A stretch of DNA of 64,000 bases from assembly GCA_030141605.1 (NCBI GenBank), contig JAQGDQ010001077.1, positions 1 through 64,000 of the forward strand, written 5' to 3'. The position numbers were made by a program, and so were the translations under genes. Below, in pieces: positions 26,760 to 41,234 of the stretch (its first letter is position 1; the number at the start of each line of letters is the position of its first letter). The notes beneath the pieces were generated by a model, which did no database searches, was not told the DNA's origin, and saw only the letters and a program-made list of their open reading frames with translations. The DNA is from Tubiluchus corallicola (taxonomy: Eukaryota; Animalia; Priapulida).

Positions 26760-26957
26760 TGTCCACTAGTCTCCTCCTGTGACTAGCATATGCAGAGCTA
26801 GGAATTTGATTCTCGGCGGGTCGGACTGTAAATGGTACAGTTTCAGCTCGCGTTCAGCGCTTGTATGCGCAAAAATGCTTTTGTTTCAGTTTTGAAGTTA
26901 CAGTTTAATGAAGGCCACAAACACGTATTTGATAATTGTATATTTTATGTAAATATT

Positions 26958-27466
26958 TTAAAGCACAAGAAAACCTTCCGATTGCGTAAAGCTTAAGAAA
27001 ATTTGTTTTGAAATTTTGTACCACTTACGTACTGCCTTTTTGCATACAGGGCTTGCATCGGGCGTAACACTGTATAAAACGTGTAAATTTAAACTCCCGC
27101 GATGACCGTTAGACGCAGCCATTTTGACGATAAGTCATTTGAGACAAGTTTAGATAATATTGTGTAAAGTTTGAAAAAAATAGTCAGAGCATGCGTAGCG
27201 CACTCATCACTAACTAAGTAAAATTTTTAAATTACTGTATGTCGTCAATAAGATTAGAAATACGTTTTTTGGTTAGTGAGTGGTGCACCCTGGAGGTGAG
27301 TCAGCGACATTTTACCAATTGGTGAAATTTTTTTTAAATAATTAATAATTTTCTTTTCTAGTTACATAAGTCGTTCCTGAAGGTAGGGGAAATGCTAAGT
27401 AATATAACTTTGCATGGGAAGTTTTTTGGGACATACTTTAACATTGTATTTTCATTCCCTGTTTTA
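26958..27466 (-). mobile_element. Kolobok-like family B copy 2 (no array expansion)
   Basis: Diverged reverse-complement homologue of 16723-17635; TTAA at 26958-26961. Confidence 0.65.
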
Positions 27467-28375
27467 CGTTTGTGCGTAGTGACGTCATGTAATGGCGCCG
27501 TCGGAACAGCATTGTGGGACAGCATTTAAAATGAAAACAAACAAAAAATCATTTCAACGCGAGTACGATAAATGCATAAAATTGCTATAAAGTAGCATAC
27601 TTTTCAAGGCGATTTTTCTGAAACCTACTTCCGGTACCCCTTTTCTTGTCCTTAAGTAGTTAGGATCTCACTTGCAGTTTTTTTAGTTACCCATTCCTAA
27701 ATGTTACAAGCGCATCATTTAAACTTTTTTTATGTGACTGGCTTTGTTATTTTTGCTGAAGCCAATCTTAAATTGCAAATATAAAACGCTAATGTTGAGA
27801 TCCATTTATAATCTATAACCTGCTACAAGTATTTTTGCAGGAAAGTATGTGTAAGGCGGCTGTGCTGCTCGCGGATTTATCTGTATTGCGCCACTTTCAT
27901 TACTTTTATTAACGGAATGAGTTGCGTAATTTAATCAAATTTTACACTTTGTTTATGCATAATAAATTCAAATTTGTTTATTTTTGCAAAAATGCTTTGC
28001 ACTCTTATGTATAGAGAGTATGCATACACTAACCTAGGACTGGCAAAATTTATTTTAAGATTGTCCTATTGTCCTCACATTGTTGACACGTAACACACAA
28101 TTCGAACTGATATATTGTTGGCATTTAACACACAATTCTATCAGTTCGATACATCTGGAATCTCCCCCTCGGTGATTAAAACACTGCTGTTGTATCTATT
28201 ATATATATCTCCGGCCGCCATTCGTTCATTTTTCTAGTTATTCGGTGTCCAACATGGATGGCTTGTCAAACATTATTCAGTGTTGGTGTCTGTTAAACAA
28301 ACAGAAATGATAATGCTGGGGCAGCTAATGGACTATTATTGATAACTGTGAGTTTGCACAGCTTCACTTCCTGCG

Positions 28376-29283
28376 TTCACGTAAATTCTGTACATGCTTG
28401 TGCATAATGTATTCTGAATTCACGTAAATTCTGTACATGCTTGTGCATAATGTATTCTGAATTCACGTAAATTCTGTACGTGCTTGTGCATAATGTATTC
28501 TGAATTCACGTAAATTCTGTACATGCTTGTGCATAATGTGTTCTGAATTCACGTAAATTCTGTACGTGCTTGTGCATAATGTATTCTGAATTCACGTAAA
28601 TTCTGTACATGCTTGTGCATAATGTGTTTTGAATTCACGTAAATTCTGTACGTGCTTGTGCATAATGTATTCTGAATTCACGTAAATTCTGTACGTGCTT
28701 GTGCATAATGTGTTTTGAATTCACGTAAATTCTGTACGTGCTTGTGCATAATGTATTCTGAATTCACGTAAATTCTGTACGTGCTTGTGCATAATATATT
28801 CTGAATTCACGTGAATTCTGTACGTGCTTGTGCATAATATATTCTGAATTCACGTGAATTCTGTACGTGCTTGTGCATAATATATTCTGAATTCACGTGA
28901 ATTCTGTACGTGCTTGTGCGTAATATATTCTGAATTCACGTGAATTCTGTACGTGCTTGTGCATAATATATTCTGAATTCACGTGAATTCTGTACATGCT
29001 TGTGCATAATATATTCTGAATTCACGTAAATTCTGTACATGCTTGTGCATAATATATTCTGAATTCACGTGAATTCTGTACATGCTTGTGCATAATATAT
29101 TCTGAATTCACGTGAATTCTGTACATGCTTGTGCATAATATATTCTGAATTCACGTGAATTCTGTACATGCTTGTGCATAATATATTCTGAATTCATGCG
29201 AATTCTGTACATGCTTGTGCATAATATATTCTGAATTCACGCGAATTCTGTACATGCTTGTGCATAATATATTCTGAATTCAC
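28376..29283. repeat. 43-bp minisatellite, about 21 copies, polar
   Basis: TTCACGTRAATTCTGTACRTGCTTGTGCATAATRTATTCTGAA; the period is given by 28376 and 28419. Confidence 0.98.
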
Positions 29284-29983
29284 TTCGTGGGCTTTACTAC
29301 TGGTAGTCATTATAAACCTCAAGCTCGTCCAATGACTGTGTGTAGAACAGTTTCGCTGTAAAAACCTCGTAGTTATTCCAGCCCAAGTTATTCAGTAGCT
29401 GTTTTTAATGCTGAGCCAAGATCGATTTTGCCTAAAAGTCGTACATATATGCCAACTAGCTCAAAATTCTTACCAGTTCAGTGTACAGTTTCAGATACAT
29501 AGGTTCTTCCCATATCTCTCCTGGTTATTTCTTTTGCCGCTTACAGAAATTTTGCTGTTTAAGTAGCCATGCGTCATTTGTCCGTTACATCCAAATCGGT
29601 GACACACCTAATTGACTCACCTGCATTAATGTAGTTCCAGTGTCGGTACATCTGTTAAACTTGTTATTTAACTTAGGACTGGTGGAGATTATATTATTTG
29701 CTGTCCCTCTTTGAAATTCTTTCTCCAATGTTAATGTTTTGGGCTTTTTCGATTCTGTGTTACAATCCTTTGTTTAAATGAAAGTCTTAGATGAAATGAA
29801 AAGAAATGAAACTTGGGTAACTTGCATCCCTATGGAATGGATTCCCATCCACATACAGACAAAGATATATTTAGACACGGACAGATAAATGTAAAACGTG
29901 CTTAAATGCGTGAACTTGCTGAAGCCATTTCTATTCTTAGAATTTCATTAGATAACTAAGGAAGTTCATGAATAGGATTTGAC

Positions 29984-31053
29984 CAAGACCTTGAAGTACA
30001 ATAGTTTAAGATAATAAACTCGTAAATGAGGTCACGTATTTGCTTCAGTGGTCCCTCTGCTGAGTGGTCTTACTGATTACTGTTGCTTCTGTCCACTAAC
30101 CTCAAGACCGTAAAGTACAATAGTTTAAGATAATAAACTCGTAAATGAGGTCACGTATTTGCTTCAGTGGTCCCTCTGCTGGGTGGTCTTACTGATTACT
30201 GTTGCTTCTGTCCACTAACCTCAAGACCGTAAAGTACAATAGTTTAAGATAATAAACTCGTAAATGAGGTCACGTATTTGCTTCCGTGGTCCCTCTGCTG
30301 AGTGGTCTTACTGATTACTGTTGCTTCTGTCCACTAACCTCAAGACCGTAAAGTACAATAGTTTAAGATAATAAACTCGTAAATGAGGTCACGTATTTGC
30401 TTCCGTGGTCCCTCTGCTGAGTGGTCCTATTGCCTACTGTTGCTTATGACCACTAACCTCAAGACCGTAAAGTACAATAGTTTATGATAATAAACTCGTA
30501 AATGAGGTCACGTATTTGCTTCAGTGGTCCCTCTGCTGAGTGGTCCTACTGATTACTGTTGCTTATGTCCACTAACCTCAAGACCGTAAAGTACAATAGT
30601 TTAAGATAATAAACTCGTAAATGAGGTCACGTATTTGCTTCCGTGGTCCCTCTGCTGAGTGGTCCTATTGCCTACTGTTGCTTATGACCACTAACCTCAA
30701 GACCGTAAAGTACAATAGTTTATGATAATAAACTCGTAAATGAGGTCACGTATTTGCTTCAGTGGTCCCTCTGCTGAGTGGTCCTACTGATTGCTGTTGC
30801 TTCTGTCCACTAACCTCAAGACCGTAAAGTACAATAGTTTAAGATAATAAACTCGTAAATCAGGTGACGTATTTGCTTCAGTGGTCCCTCTGCTGAGTGG
30901 TCCTACTGATTACTGTTGCTTATGTCCAGTAACCTCAAGACCGTAAAGTACAATAGTTTAAGATAATAAACTCGTAAATCAGGTGACGTATTTGCTTCAG
31001 TGGTCCCTCTGCTGAGTGGTCCTATTGCCTACTGTTGCTTATGACCACTAACC
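29984..31053. repeat. 119-bp minisatellite, 9 copies
   Basis: CAAGACC at 29984, 30103 and onward. Confidence 0.97.
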
Positions 31054-31840
31054 CCATTTATCGACACGTACACGTAATTCGTTATGATATTACAGTGAGA
31101 ACCACTGTGAGTCTTTGCCTAAATCTCATTAATCCGTCACACTGTACTACATTTTTGGATCCAATAAAACATGCTATTTGGGCTGTTATTATCAACAGTA
31201 CTGCATTTGTGCAATGACAGAATTTTTCTCTGGAAGGGGTGCTCGCCCTGAGTAACACCGATACTGTTATCCATACTCAATAGTTAACATGGTTGAGAAT
31301 CTTGCCTTCTGTTTCTGCTTCTACAGGTCAATATGAGGCTTGCGTTGGACACCATTATCATTAATATGTATGATGCTTTTATCAAGCAGCTAATAATAGG
31401 TTGATTGATATGATCTCGTTAGGTTACACGGTCCATTAAATCCGGGCTACTTTTGTTTCATTATACCCCTACGCCTACTTGTGTGGATTGAGAAATCTCA
31501 AGACGCTTGCTTTTCGTTATTCAGTCAAATACGATATAAGTCATGTCTTTAGTACCTTTGTGTTTAATAGCTATTCGTTGGAATGCTTTATACATGTAAG
31601 CCACCTATGCTATATGCTTGCCCTTTACACTCACATTTTTTATGAATATCATAACTGTGAACATCTTATCGTACTAACATTGTAAAATAAATTTATCTGC
31701 CTCAACAACTACTGTTTTCTATAAAACTTAACTCTCTCTAACACCTGTCATTCGTAGAAAAAAATGAAAGTGCTGTCCGAATATTGAGGATTTATGTTAA
31801 TTGAAGTCAGCATCTGGGAGGGGAGCATAACGAACAGTAA

Positions 31841-32134
31841 CTTGACCTCGGAGCAACTCTCACTCTTGACCTCAGAGCAACTCTCAATCTTGACCTCGGA
31901 GCAACTCTCACTCTTGACCTCAGAGCAACTCTCAATCTTGACCTCAGAGCAACTCTCAATCCTCAGAGCAACTTTCAATCCTCAGAGCAACTCTCAGTCT
32001 TGACCTCAGAGCAACTCTCAATCTTGACCTCAGAGCAACTCTCAATCTTGACCTCAGAGCAACTCTCAGTCCTCAGAGCAACTCTCAATCCTCAGAGCAA
32101 CTCCTCAATCTTGACCTCAGAGCAACTCTCAATC
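31841..32134. repeat. 24-bp minisatellite CTTGACCTCAGAGCAACTCTCAAT with 18-bp variants
   Basis: Directly visible (LTSEQLSI ORF repeat). Confidence 0.96.
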
Positions 32135-34651
32135 TCTTTTTAAAATCCACTAAAACGTCTTCGCAAACTTGGACGCCAGTGTATGTATTTCTACTGCCAT
32201 GTTTCAATGTAAATCCGCAATGCATGTCAGCTCTTTCAAAACCAATTGGGCATTATAGCACCTTTAATTTATTTTTATGTCCCGTTTGCCTTGCCTCTGT
32301 CACATCTATCAAATACAGCGCACATTATATGGCTACTTTTCGGATTTATTTTATGTGGGGCTTTACATTTCAACATGCTTGTCGTGCAGAAATGGAGGCT
32401 GTCATCAGCTTAGCACAGTTTATTGCGTTGTTAATCAACGAGGGCGGATTCTAGTGAAATGGAGTCATCTCTTAGTTGAGGGGCGTAGCATTGGTCAAAC
32501 GAGGTGGTAGGTGCCGCAAACGGTTCTCTTTATTCCGTTATTCCACTCACAAAAATTTTCTCTTATCTGATCTGCTATGCATAGAAGGGAGGTTTTCTGT
32601 TCAGCATCCCTTCTTTGGCTTCCCTTTACGAGCACTGGCCGCCTCAGGTAGGATATTACAGGTAATGCCATATTATAGGCACGGTAAGGCGTATAAAATA
32701 TCGCGTAATGATTTAAATTGCATCTGTATCGCATTCGTGTATTCATAATATGAACGCGATGATCATTAAATATTCATTATGCTTTTAAACATGAATTGCT
32801 CATTTCTGTAGGGCTGCAGTTAGTGCAATTTGCCAGCGCTGTTCTTATGTAGCGTATATCAACATAATCGAATCGCTCAAGTAGTCAAGATGCGTTTAGA
32901 TTGCCTTGAAATTATATTCTGATCCATTTCTGTGTATCGTTATGGTCGTAATTGCATTGCCATGCGTATGGATGGGCAAATAATTGCAGAGCGTTTAAAT
33001 TCGCATCTTCAGAAATCTGTCCATCTGTCTGACACATGCATGAGAAAATGGTCCCTATCTGAGTTAGTAGAAGCAGTTAAGCTAATCAGGCCTGATTGCC
33101 GCGCCTGATTAACATAAGAAAGTGTAGAATAGTCGTTAAGAATGACGCACATAATTGTTACATTAAAGGCTTGGAGTTTGAATTTTTAGTTCAGAGTAAA
33201 ATAAAGAGTTTAATGAAATTCTGAGCTTGTGTGAAAAAGGACACGGCAACATATTCATCAGTGGAAACCGTCGTGGTGGTCTATTCAATTGCAAGTTGTT
33301 CAGACGGTATTATTGTACAAATGGCACAGACTGATACTTTTTATATTCTTCTGCAAGAGATCTTACGTCACGTTATTTGAGATGCTTGAAGCCATTGAAT
33401 GGGCTTCTATACATTGACGAGGGTGATCAGATAATTTGTAGTCGTACGTCATATTTCCGGCAGAATTACTTCAACGTGGCTTGTCAGTAGGCTGTATGCT
33501 AAAATTGGTCATCTAAGGCTTAGCTGCATCTGGTATAGCTCCATCCAACTTTCATCTGTCCCAGAAGTAAAAGAATACCTGTATTTGAGATCTTGTTGGG
33601 GATCTGAAATAATGTTAGCGTTAAATCAGACGGAATTTTGGTGCTGCTAGTGTGAATTTTTTTTCTCAAATCGCTTTTTCAAATTTTAATTGACTGTTTG
33701 TGAAGGATGTGCTGGTGTAGATCGAGATTAGAATAGGGCACGCATATGACACGTAACGCAGGGGGCTATGTTTACATACCTAAACAATAAGCGACTGTCA
33801 CTAAGCCCAGTCGGCCACTGAAATAAGAATTACCAGCCGACTGACCAGGCATAATTGCTTGAACATATAATTACCCCGCGGTCGTTTGGATGTTTGTATA
33901 TTTGTCAGGCCCGGATCGATTCGTTTCATAACGAAATTTATAGATCAATTACGCTTGCTGATGGCATGCCTCGAGCTAGTAAGCGCGCGCTGGACTTCCC
34001 GCCCAAGGGATTCTGAATTCTCTCTGGAGGAATACCATTTCTGTACGATCGTGTAGGACCACCATTCCTTGATGGAACGTATTCGTATTAATGCACGAAG
34101 CTGTTATATTGATCAGTACTAATACCGTTACGTTTATCATATACCATATTTGTTCATGTTTTGGTTGTGCTGTTTAGGAAATAACTTATGAGCCCCGTCT
34201 TATGGTCGGTGTTTATGGTGTCTCAGCTATGCAGCTATATGGCGGTTTTGAAGCCATTTTATTTCAGCTTCTGCGTACTGGATAATTTTTGGCGCGAAAA
34301 TGTATCAAATTTCAGCTAGAAATTAAATTCATACGTTGAATTTACCGTAAAAGTATTTTCCTAATTTTAATATATAATTCTTGCTTATATCTCGTTAAAT
34401 TATAGTTACTTAGTGTTAAAATGAAATAATGTGCAGCAAGTGAACAATAAGTGAACCAGCGTCTAAAACTTACAGTCAGTTTTGCCTTCTTCTTTCACGT
34501 TTACATCATGATGAGTTTTCATAGAAAGAAGAATGACGTCATACGATTAGCCATTCTTATTATTTTTAATGTTCTTACAAAAGAAGTGAAGCGGTTGGAT
34601 TAAATCTCTAAAAGAGCATACACGCAGTATGCGTATATCATAGAAGGACCA

Positions 34652-34746
34652 GTGACGACGACCGTGACGATGGTGACGATGATAATGCTAAGTAAGAATA
34701 AAAAAGAAAAAAGGTGACGATAGTGATGGTGACGATGGCGGTAATT

Positions 34747-34786
<40 letters not shown>

Positions 34787-35230
34787 CGACGACGATGACG
34801 ATGATAATGCTAACTAAGAATAAAAAAGAAAAAAGGTGACGATGGTGATGATGATGATGATGATGATGATAATAATGAAGATGATGGTGATGATGATGAT
34901 GACGACGACGATGACGATGATAATGCTAAGTAGGAATAAAAAAAGAAACAAAGGTGACGATGGTGATGATGATAATGCTAACTAAGAATAAAAAAGAAAC
35001 AAAGGTGACGATGGTGATGATGATGATGATGATAATGCTAACTAAGAATAAAAAAGAAAAAAAGGTGACGATGGCGATGATGATGATGATGATAATGCTA
35101 ACTAAGAATAAAAAAGAAACAAATGTGACGATGGTGATGATGATGATGATGATAATGCTAACTAAGAATAAAAAAGAAAAAAGGTGACGATGAGCATGAA
35201 GATTGTGATGATGATGACGACGACGATGAC
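34652..35230. repeat. Compound repeat: GATAATGCTAACTAAGAATAAAAAAGAAAMAAAGGTGAC blocks separated by variable (GAT/GAC)n
   Basis: About 7 constant blocks with microsatellite linkers of different length. Confidence 0.93.
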
Positions 35231-35884
35231 GCTGATTATAACTGATTTTACTCGGTTGATGTCACTGATGTCGATTAACGATTCACTGGAACGCTGATGT
35301 GGCTGATGTCATTGTCTGATAATGGTGAGCATTTTTGTGACAGTGGCACTACTGGTTCCGTGAATAATATATGTGGTACAGTGATGTGCAGTCTTACCAT
35401 TAAACACAGCTAAGAACATTTTAGTTTCTGCCAGGTTGCATATTCCTGACTTGATATTTCTCTTTGTAAGCTGCAACACGTTTGACACCTCCGCTTCGTC
35501 ATCTCTGCTATTAGGTTTTCGCCGAGAATATTAAATGTGGCGAGTCGGGCTCGACGAGAAGCCAGGTTGAGTCACTCAGTGAAGCCATTGTTGATATTGC
35601 CAAGTTTTAGCTGTAACGCGATCTGTTAAATGTTTGCTTTCCATAATTCCTCTGACGACTACACTTTACCTGGGTCAATATAGAGTCGTCACTTAACAAC
35701 AGCATTTTTCATATGCCAGAAGAATTCTAACACGAGTAACTTATTCCTGGCAAGTGTCCTTGTCGCTTTTGTTTGATGTAATTCTTCGGTTTGTTTGAAT
35801 TCCATTTCCGACCTGCATTATTTCTACTGCAGTTCAACGCGATAAACGATGCCAATGAATTGCGTTTCAGCAGCTTAAAATGAG

Positions 35885-36170
35885 CAATGAAAAAGATTTT
35901 TATATTTTATCAGCAATAATGAATAAAGAATGAATAATAAAATGAACAATGAAAAAGATTTTTATATTTTATCAGCAATAATGAATAATAAAATGAACAA
36001 TGAAAAAGATTTTTATATTTTTTCAGCAATAATGAATAATAAAATGAACAATGAAAAACATTTTGATATTTTATCAGCAATAATGAATAATAAAATGAAC
36101 AATGAAAAAGATTTTTATATTTTATCAGCAATAATGAATAAAGAATGAATAATAAAGTGAACAATGAAAA
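35885..36170. repeat. 51-bp AT-rich minisatellite, about 5 copies
   Basis: 17-aa periodicity in ORF 35930..36148; the first and last units carry an extra AAAGAATGAAT. Confidence 0.94.
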
Positions 36171-36659
36171 AATGCACCAAGTATTGCATAAAGGGACTGC
36201 GTCGGTAATTTTGTTTAAAATATTTTTTGGTTTAGGCTGTACGTATTGAAGTGCTTGAAAAACGTGTTGTCGTCACGCTCTAGTTCTTGCAACATTATTT
36301 AAAGTTATGTGAAGCTGTTGTGGTCGATACGATAGAGTTTTGCACATTTTGTCAAATCCATATGTATATCGGCGGTTCAAGAAAATATGGATCGTGGTGT
36401 CATACATTATGTAACCTCCGCTATGGACCATTCCTTTGAGCAGTCTACATTTGACATGAAATATTTACTCTTTTTCATTTATACGCGTTGCAGAGCAAAT
36501 TGCATTAGCTCACACTGTAGCAGAATGTGCCAGCCTTTTTGACAATTAACGTAAACTTTGAATTTTGAATGTAGCAGAAAATATAACAACGTGCGGATCT
36601 GTTTACAATAAACAGAACAGGACAATTAACAGGACTAAGAACTTATCTGACTTAAAATT

Positions 36660-37187
36660 TGCTACATGCAAACTGTCTAACCTTAGTATAAATCATCATT
36701 TATATGCTGATGACTTGTGTATATTAGTTCCCTCTATACAAACGTTGTAAATACTTTCAATGTTTGTCCAGACTATGCTAATAATCATGGCAGGATTTTT
36801 AATGAGTCTAAAAGGTATTGTACACCTTTCACGTCCTGCAACAGAAAAAACATTCGTTAAAAAATGGATTTTTTATCGAATAAAATATGGGTACGCATCT
36901 TTTTGGGTCTCTCTGTATATATTTGATCCCAAATAGTACGCGACATATCACTCAGGGTTACGTAATTCTTGAGGGTGTTGAAATCTGTGTTAAAAATAAC
37001 CACAAGTGTTTTGGTTATTTACTTACTAATAATCTTTCTGATAATTTAGACATCATAAGCCAGAATCGTTTGCTAATCGCTAATCTAGTATGTTATTGTA
37101 TTGTCAGTTAATAACTGATTTAAAATATTTCTGTTTTGTTACTCTAATTGTTTATGTTATTAAAATAAATTGTGACTGACTTGAATG
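36660..37187 (+). mobile_element. RTEX-like LINE reverse transcriptase remnant, internally deleted
   Basis: CKLSNLSINHHLYADDLCILVPSIQTL (YADD at 36703-36714), then DYANNHGRIFNESK and KCFGYLLTNNLSDNLDIISQNR in shifted frames; AATAAA near 37165. Confidence 0.78.
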
Positions 37188-37206
37188 TTTTTATTATGTT
37201 GCCCAA

Positions 37207-37899
37207 CTTTTTTCCTAACCAAAATTGTGACTTTTTCCTGTGACTTTATTCCTAGCCAAAATTGTGACTTTTTACCTAGTCAAAATTGTGACTTTTTACC
37301 TAGCCAAAATTGTGACTTTTTCTTGTGACTTTATTCCAAGCCAAATTGTGACTTTTTACCTAGTCAAAATTGTGACTTTTCCTGTGACTTTATTCCTAGC
37401 CAAATTGTGACTTTTTACCTAGTCAAAATTGTGACTTTTTCCTGTGACTTTATTCCCAGCCAAATTGTGACTTTTTACGTAGTCAAAATTGTGACTTTTT
37501 CCTGTGACTTTATTCCTCGCCAAATTGTGACTTTTTACATAGTCAAAATTGTGACTTTTTCCTGTGACCTTTTTCTTAGCCAAAATTGTGACATTTTCCT
37601 GTGACTTTATTCCTAGCCAAAATTGTGACTTTTCCTGTGACTTTATTCCTAGCCAAAATTGGGACTTTTTCCTGTGACTTTATTCCTAGCCAAATTGTGA
37701 CTTTTTCCTGTGACTGTATTCCTAGCGAAAATTGTGACTTTTCCTGTGACTTTATTCCTAGCCAAATTGTGACTTTTTCCTGTGACTTTTTTCCTAGCAA
37801 AAATCGTGACTTTTCCTGTGACGTTTTCCTAGCAAAAATTGACTTTTTCTTGTGACTCTTTTCCTAGCCAAAATTGTGAGTTTTTCCTGTAACTTTATC
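37207..37899. repeat. Complex minisatellite built from CCTAGCCAAAATTGTGACTTTTT and CCTGTGACTTTATT modules (about 24/37/60-bp periods)
   Basis: Directly visible, with diverged edges. Confidence 0.93.
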
Positions 37900-39185
37900 A
37901 CCAGTCAGCCGCGCAGCAGAAGTATTATTTGAACAGCTTGAATAACGATGAAACTAATAACTCCGTCTAATAAGTTTAAACTGCAAAATAATTAATCTGA
38001 AAATCTCCTTTCACGTCCACGGAGTTTTGCAAAACCCTGCATGGCTTTGTTCAGTGGATTAGACTGGTACGCTGTACCTTTATGGTTTTTGTCTTCCATC
38101 TTCTGCAACTGATCAAATTTGCTGCGCTGTAAAATCGCTTTTGTCAGCTCCATGATCATTGAAATTATGCTTTGTGAAACTATTTCCACAACATTTGATC
38201 AAATCGCTGGATATTGTTGGGGGAAGAACATCGATACGGCGGCCGCGCTCGCTGCTTTTCTTTCTCCCACCTCTTTTGTCCTCGTATATCTACTGTATAA
38301 TTTTCCGTGTATACCCAGTGTTTACTCATATGATTGCGCGGGTGAATTTAGTTCCATTTTCTGCAAATGATGATTAAAGGTTTTCAGACAATAAACGTTG
38401 ATTTTTTGTCTTAACTGATGGAAAGGACGCTATAAAGCATCATTCATTTTCTCGTGGCTTGTCCGTGAGAAGATTTGAACGTTTTTTAAATCAGCGCTGC
38501 GGATGAATAAAGTTCAACAAGGTAACGGAAGAATAAAATACGAGACCAAAATTGGATTTGCCGGGAAAACTAGGATGTCCGTCTTTTACACAATTTTCTT
38601 TGTTTTTTTATTTACATATTTTTGGTTAGGGTACCGAGGAAACACATCCGTCGGCATTAATCCAAACGTTTCATTTCAGTAGCGGGCAGTGGTAGGTAAG
38701 TCCTGCCACAGTTAGGTATCTACATTATCTATGTCGCCCCGTTGAGCACTGGTTGTTGGCGTGTACGTCTACTGCCCGCGAACTGTGTTTGTACTCGAAC
38801 AGCTGCATGTCACGTGATTTATAATTCTGCTTTTTAAATGGTCATTTTATGGCGACGTTACAACTTTCATTTCCTTGTCAGGCACGAATTTATATTCATA
38901 AGCATCAACTCGACTTCTTCGTTTACTAATAAAATTGCTGGAAATGAACAATTTGTCTTGTCATGAGAATTTAACGTCCCGGTTTGAATATTTTCCTCTG
39001 ATTCCCAAGTCGTAATACCTGCACCAAGCAAAAGTATGGTTATAATTCATGATATTGTAGGCGGTGCGATAGAGGTAAATGTTACAAAGTGTAATTTTCT
39101 TTCAAGTTTTTTTGTTTGATTCTCAGCAGTTTTGTTGACGTGTTATTGACTACTAAAGATCTCACTTGTCTTCAGTGGCTTCAAC

Positions 39186-39830
39186 CTGTTCACCCAGAAA
39201 GCATTTGCAAAAGCATGTGCTGTTCACCCAGAAAGCATTTGCAAAAGCATGTGCTGTTCACCCAGAAAGCATTTGCAAAAGCATGTGCTGTTCACACAGC
39301 AGACATTTGCAAAAGCATGTGCTGTTGACACAGCAGACATTTGCAAAAGCATGTGCTGTTCACACAGCAGACATTGGCAAAAGCATGTGCTGTTCACACA
39401 GCAGACATTGGCAAAAGCATGTGCTGTCCACCCAGCAGACATTGGCAAAAGCATGTGCTGTCCACCCAGCAGACATTGGCAAAAGCATGTGCTGTCCACC
39501 CAGCAGACATTGGCAAAAGCATGTGCTGTTCACACAGCAGACATTGGCAAAAGCATGTGCTGTCCACCCAGCAGACATTGGCAAAAGCATGTGCTGTTCA
39601 CACAGCAGACATTTGCAAAAGCATGTGCTGTTCACACAGCAGACATTTGCAAAAGCATGTGCTGTCCACCCAGCAGACATTTGCAAAAGCATGTGCTGTC
39701 CACCCAGCAGACATTGACAAAAGCATGTGCTGTCCACCCAGCAGACATTTGCAAAAGCATGTGCTGTCCACCCAGCAGACATTGGCAAAAGCATGTGCTG
39801 TTCACACAGCAGACATTGGCAAAAGCATGT
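39186..39830. repeat. 34-bp minisatellite, about 19 copies
   Basis: CTGTYCACMCAGCAGACATTKGCAAAAGCATGTG; explains the overlapping Cys/His-rich ORFs. Confidence 0.98.
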
Positions 39831-40874
39831 ACAACTCATTGCAGTCCTTTACTTGAGTATGTTTTTAAACGTCTCTGAACCTTAGAAGGAAATTTAGTCG
39901 ACGCTTCTCTCACTTATACTAAGAGCAAAACCAAGTGTAGAAGAGCCATTTTACGAAGTTTCCTTCCCTAATAGTGTAATAGTAATTTGTTGATTTTTGG
40001 CCAACAGGACAGATCAAATAAGAGAAGTATACGTACAACGCGAACCAGCCTAGATTCAGCACATTGAACACAGTGACATCATGAGCAAACAAAAAACGTG
40101 CCTTTCTTGCAGCCATTTTGTTCTAGTAGTTGTACCTCTGTGTGATTATCAGCGATTGCAGCAGTGTACGCGATTTTAGGCACTGTCTGACTGCTACATA
40201 CTTTCCTATTTTTCTTGCATGGTCAGTGTGCTATGTTTGCCCTTTACGCTGTACATCTAACAGTAAATTTGTACAACCGTATGACGTGTGACACCATTGT
40301 GACAATGCAGCAACAGGCCCCCATTCAATCTTTACTGCTAAACTCGGTAAATTAAGCGTTTTTCTAAATATAGAATGGCGTCATCATCATCATTAAACTT
40401 CCTTGCATTTTGAAAAAACTCGGCCATGAATCTTGTAATATCATCTTGAAAACTCACGCTAGAATCATTTGTGCATTTCGCCGCGAAACTCGTCGGTTAT
40501 TTAAATTTCAGTATAAACTCTCTCAACATTTTAAAACGGGCGGATTCCATAGAGAGCACAGTTGATGATTCTGCGAATCTGAATTGCAATTATTGTAATG
40601 CACGCCGCATTAAGAGCAGGTCTTACGATTGCCGCCGGTCATTAGCGATTGTCGCCGTTATGAAGTTATAAAACACGCGGCCTTACGTAATTATTTATTA
40701 TGGTGATTGTTATTGTGCCAACATTCGCATCTGTGCGCCTAATTGGGTACTGTAGTTGTCGACATTGAACGTTGTGATAAAGGCTTAAATTATTAAATGG
40801 TTGCTGATGCTAGTCGTGACGAAAACTATTGTTGCTGAAAATGTAGTTGTTGTTATTGCAGATGGTGGTGATGG

Positions 40875-40897
40875 TTATTATTATAATTATTACTATT

Positions 40898-40942
<45 letters not shown>

Positions 40943-41138
40943 GCTGCTGCTGCTGCTGCTACTACTGCTACTGCTACTGCTACTACTACTACTGCTACTG
41001 TTGCTGCTACTACTGCTACTGCTACTACTGCTACTGCTACTGCTACTACTACTACTGCTACTGTTGCTGCTACTACTACTACTACTACTGCTACTGTTGC
41101 TGCTACTACTGCTACTGCTACTGCTACTGCTACTACTG

Positions 41139-41209
<71 letters not shown>

Positions 41210-41234
41210 GCTACTACCACTACTACTACCACTA
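40875..41234. repeat. Compound trinucleotide microsatellite (TTA)n(TTG)n(CTG)n(CTA/CTG)n
   Basis: Directly visible. Confidence 0.97.
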
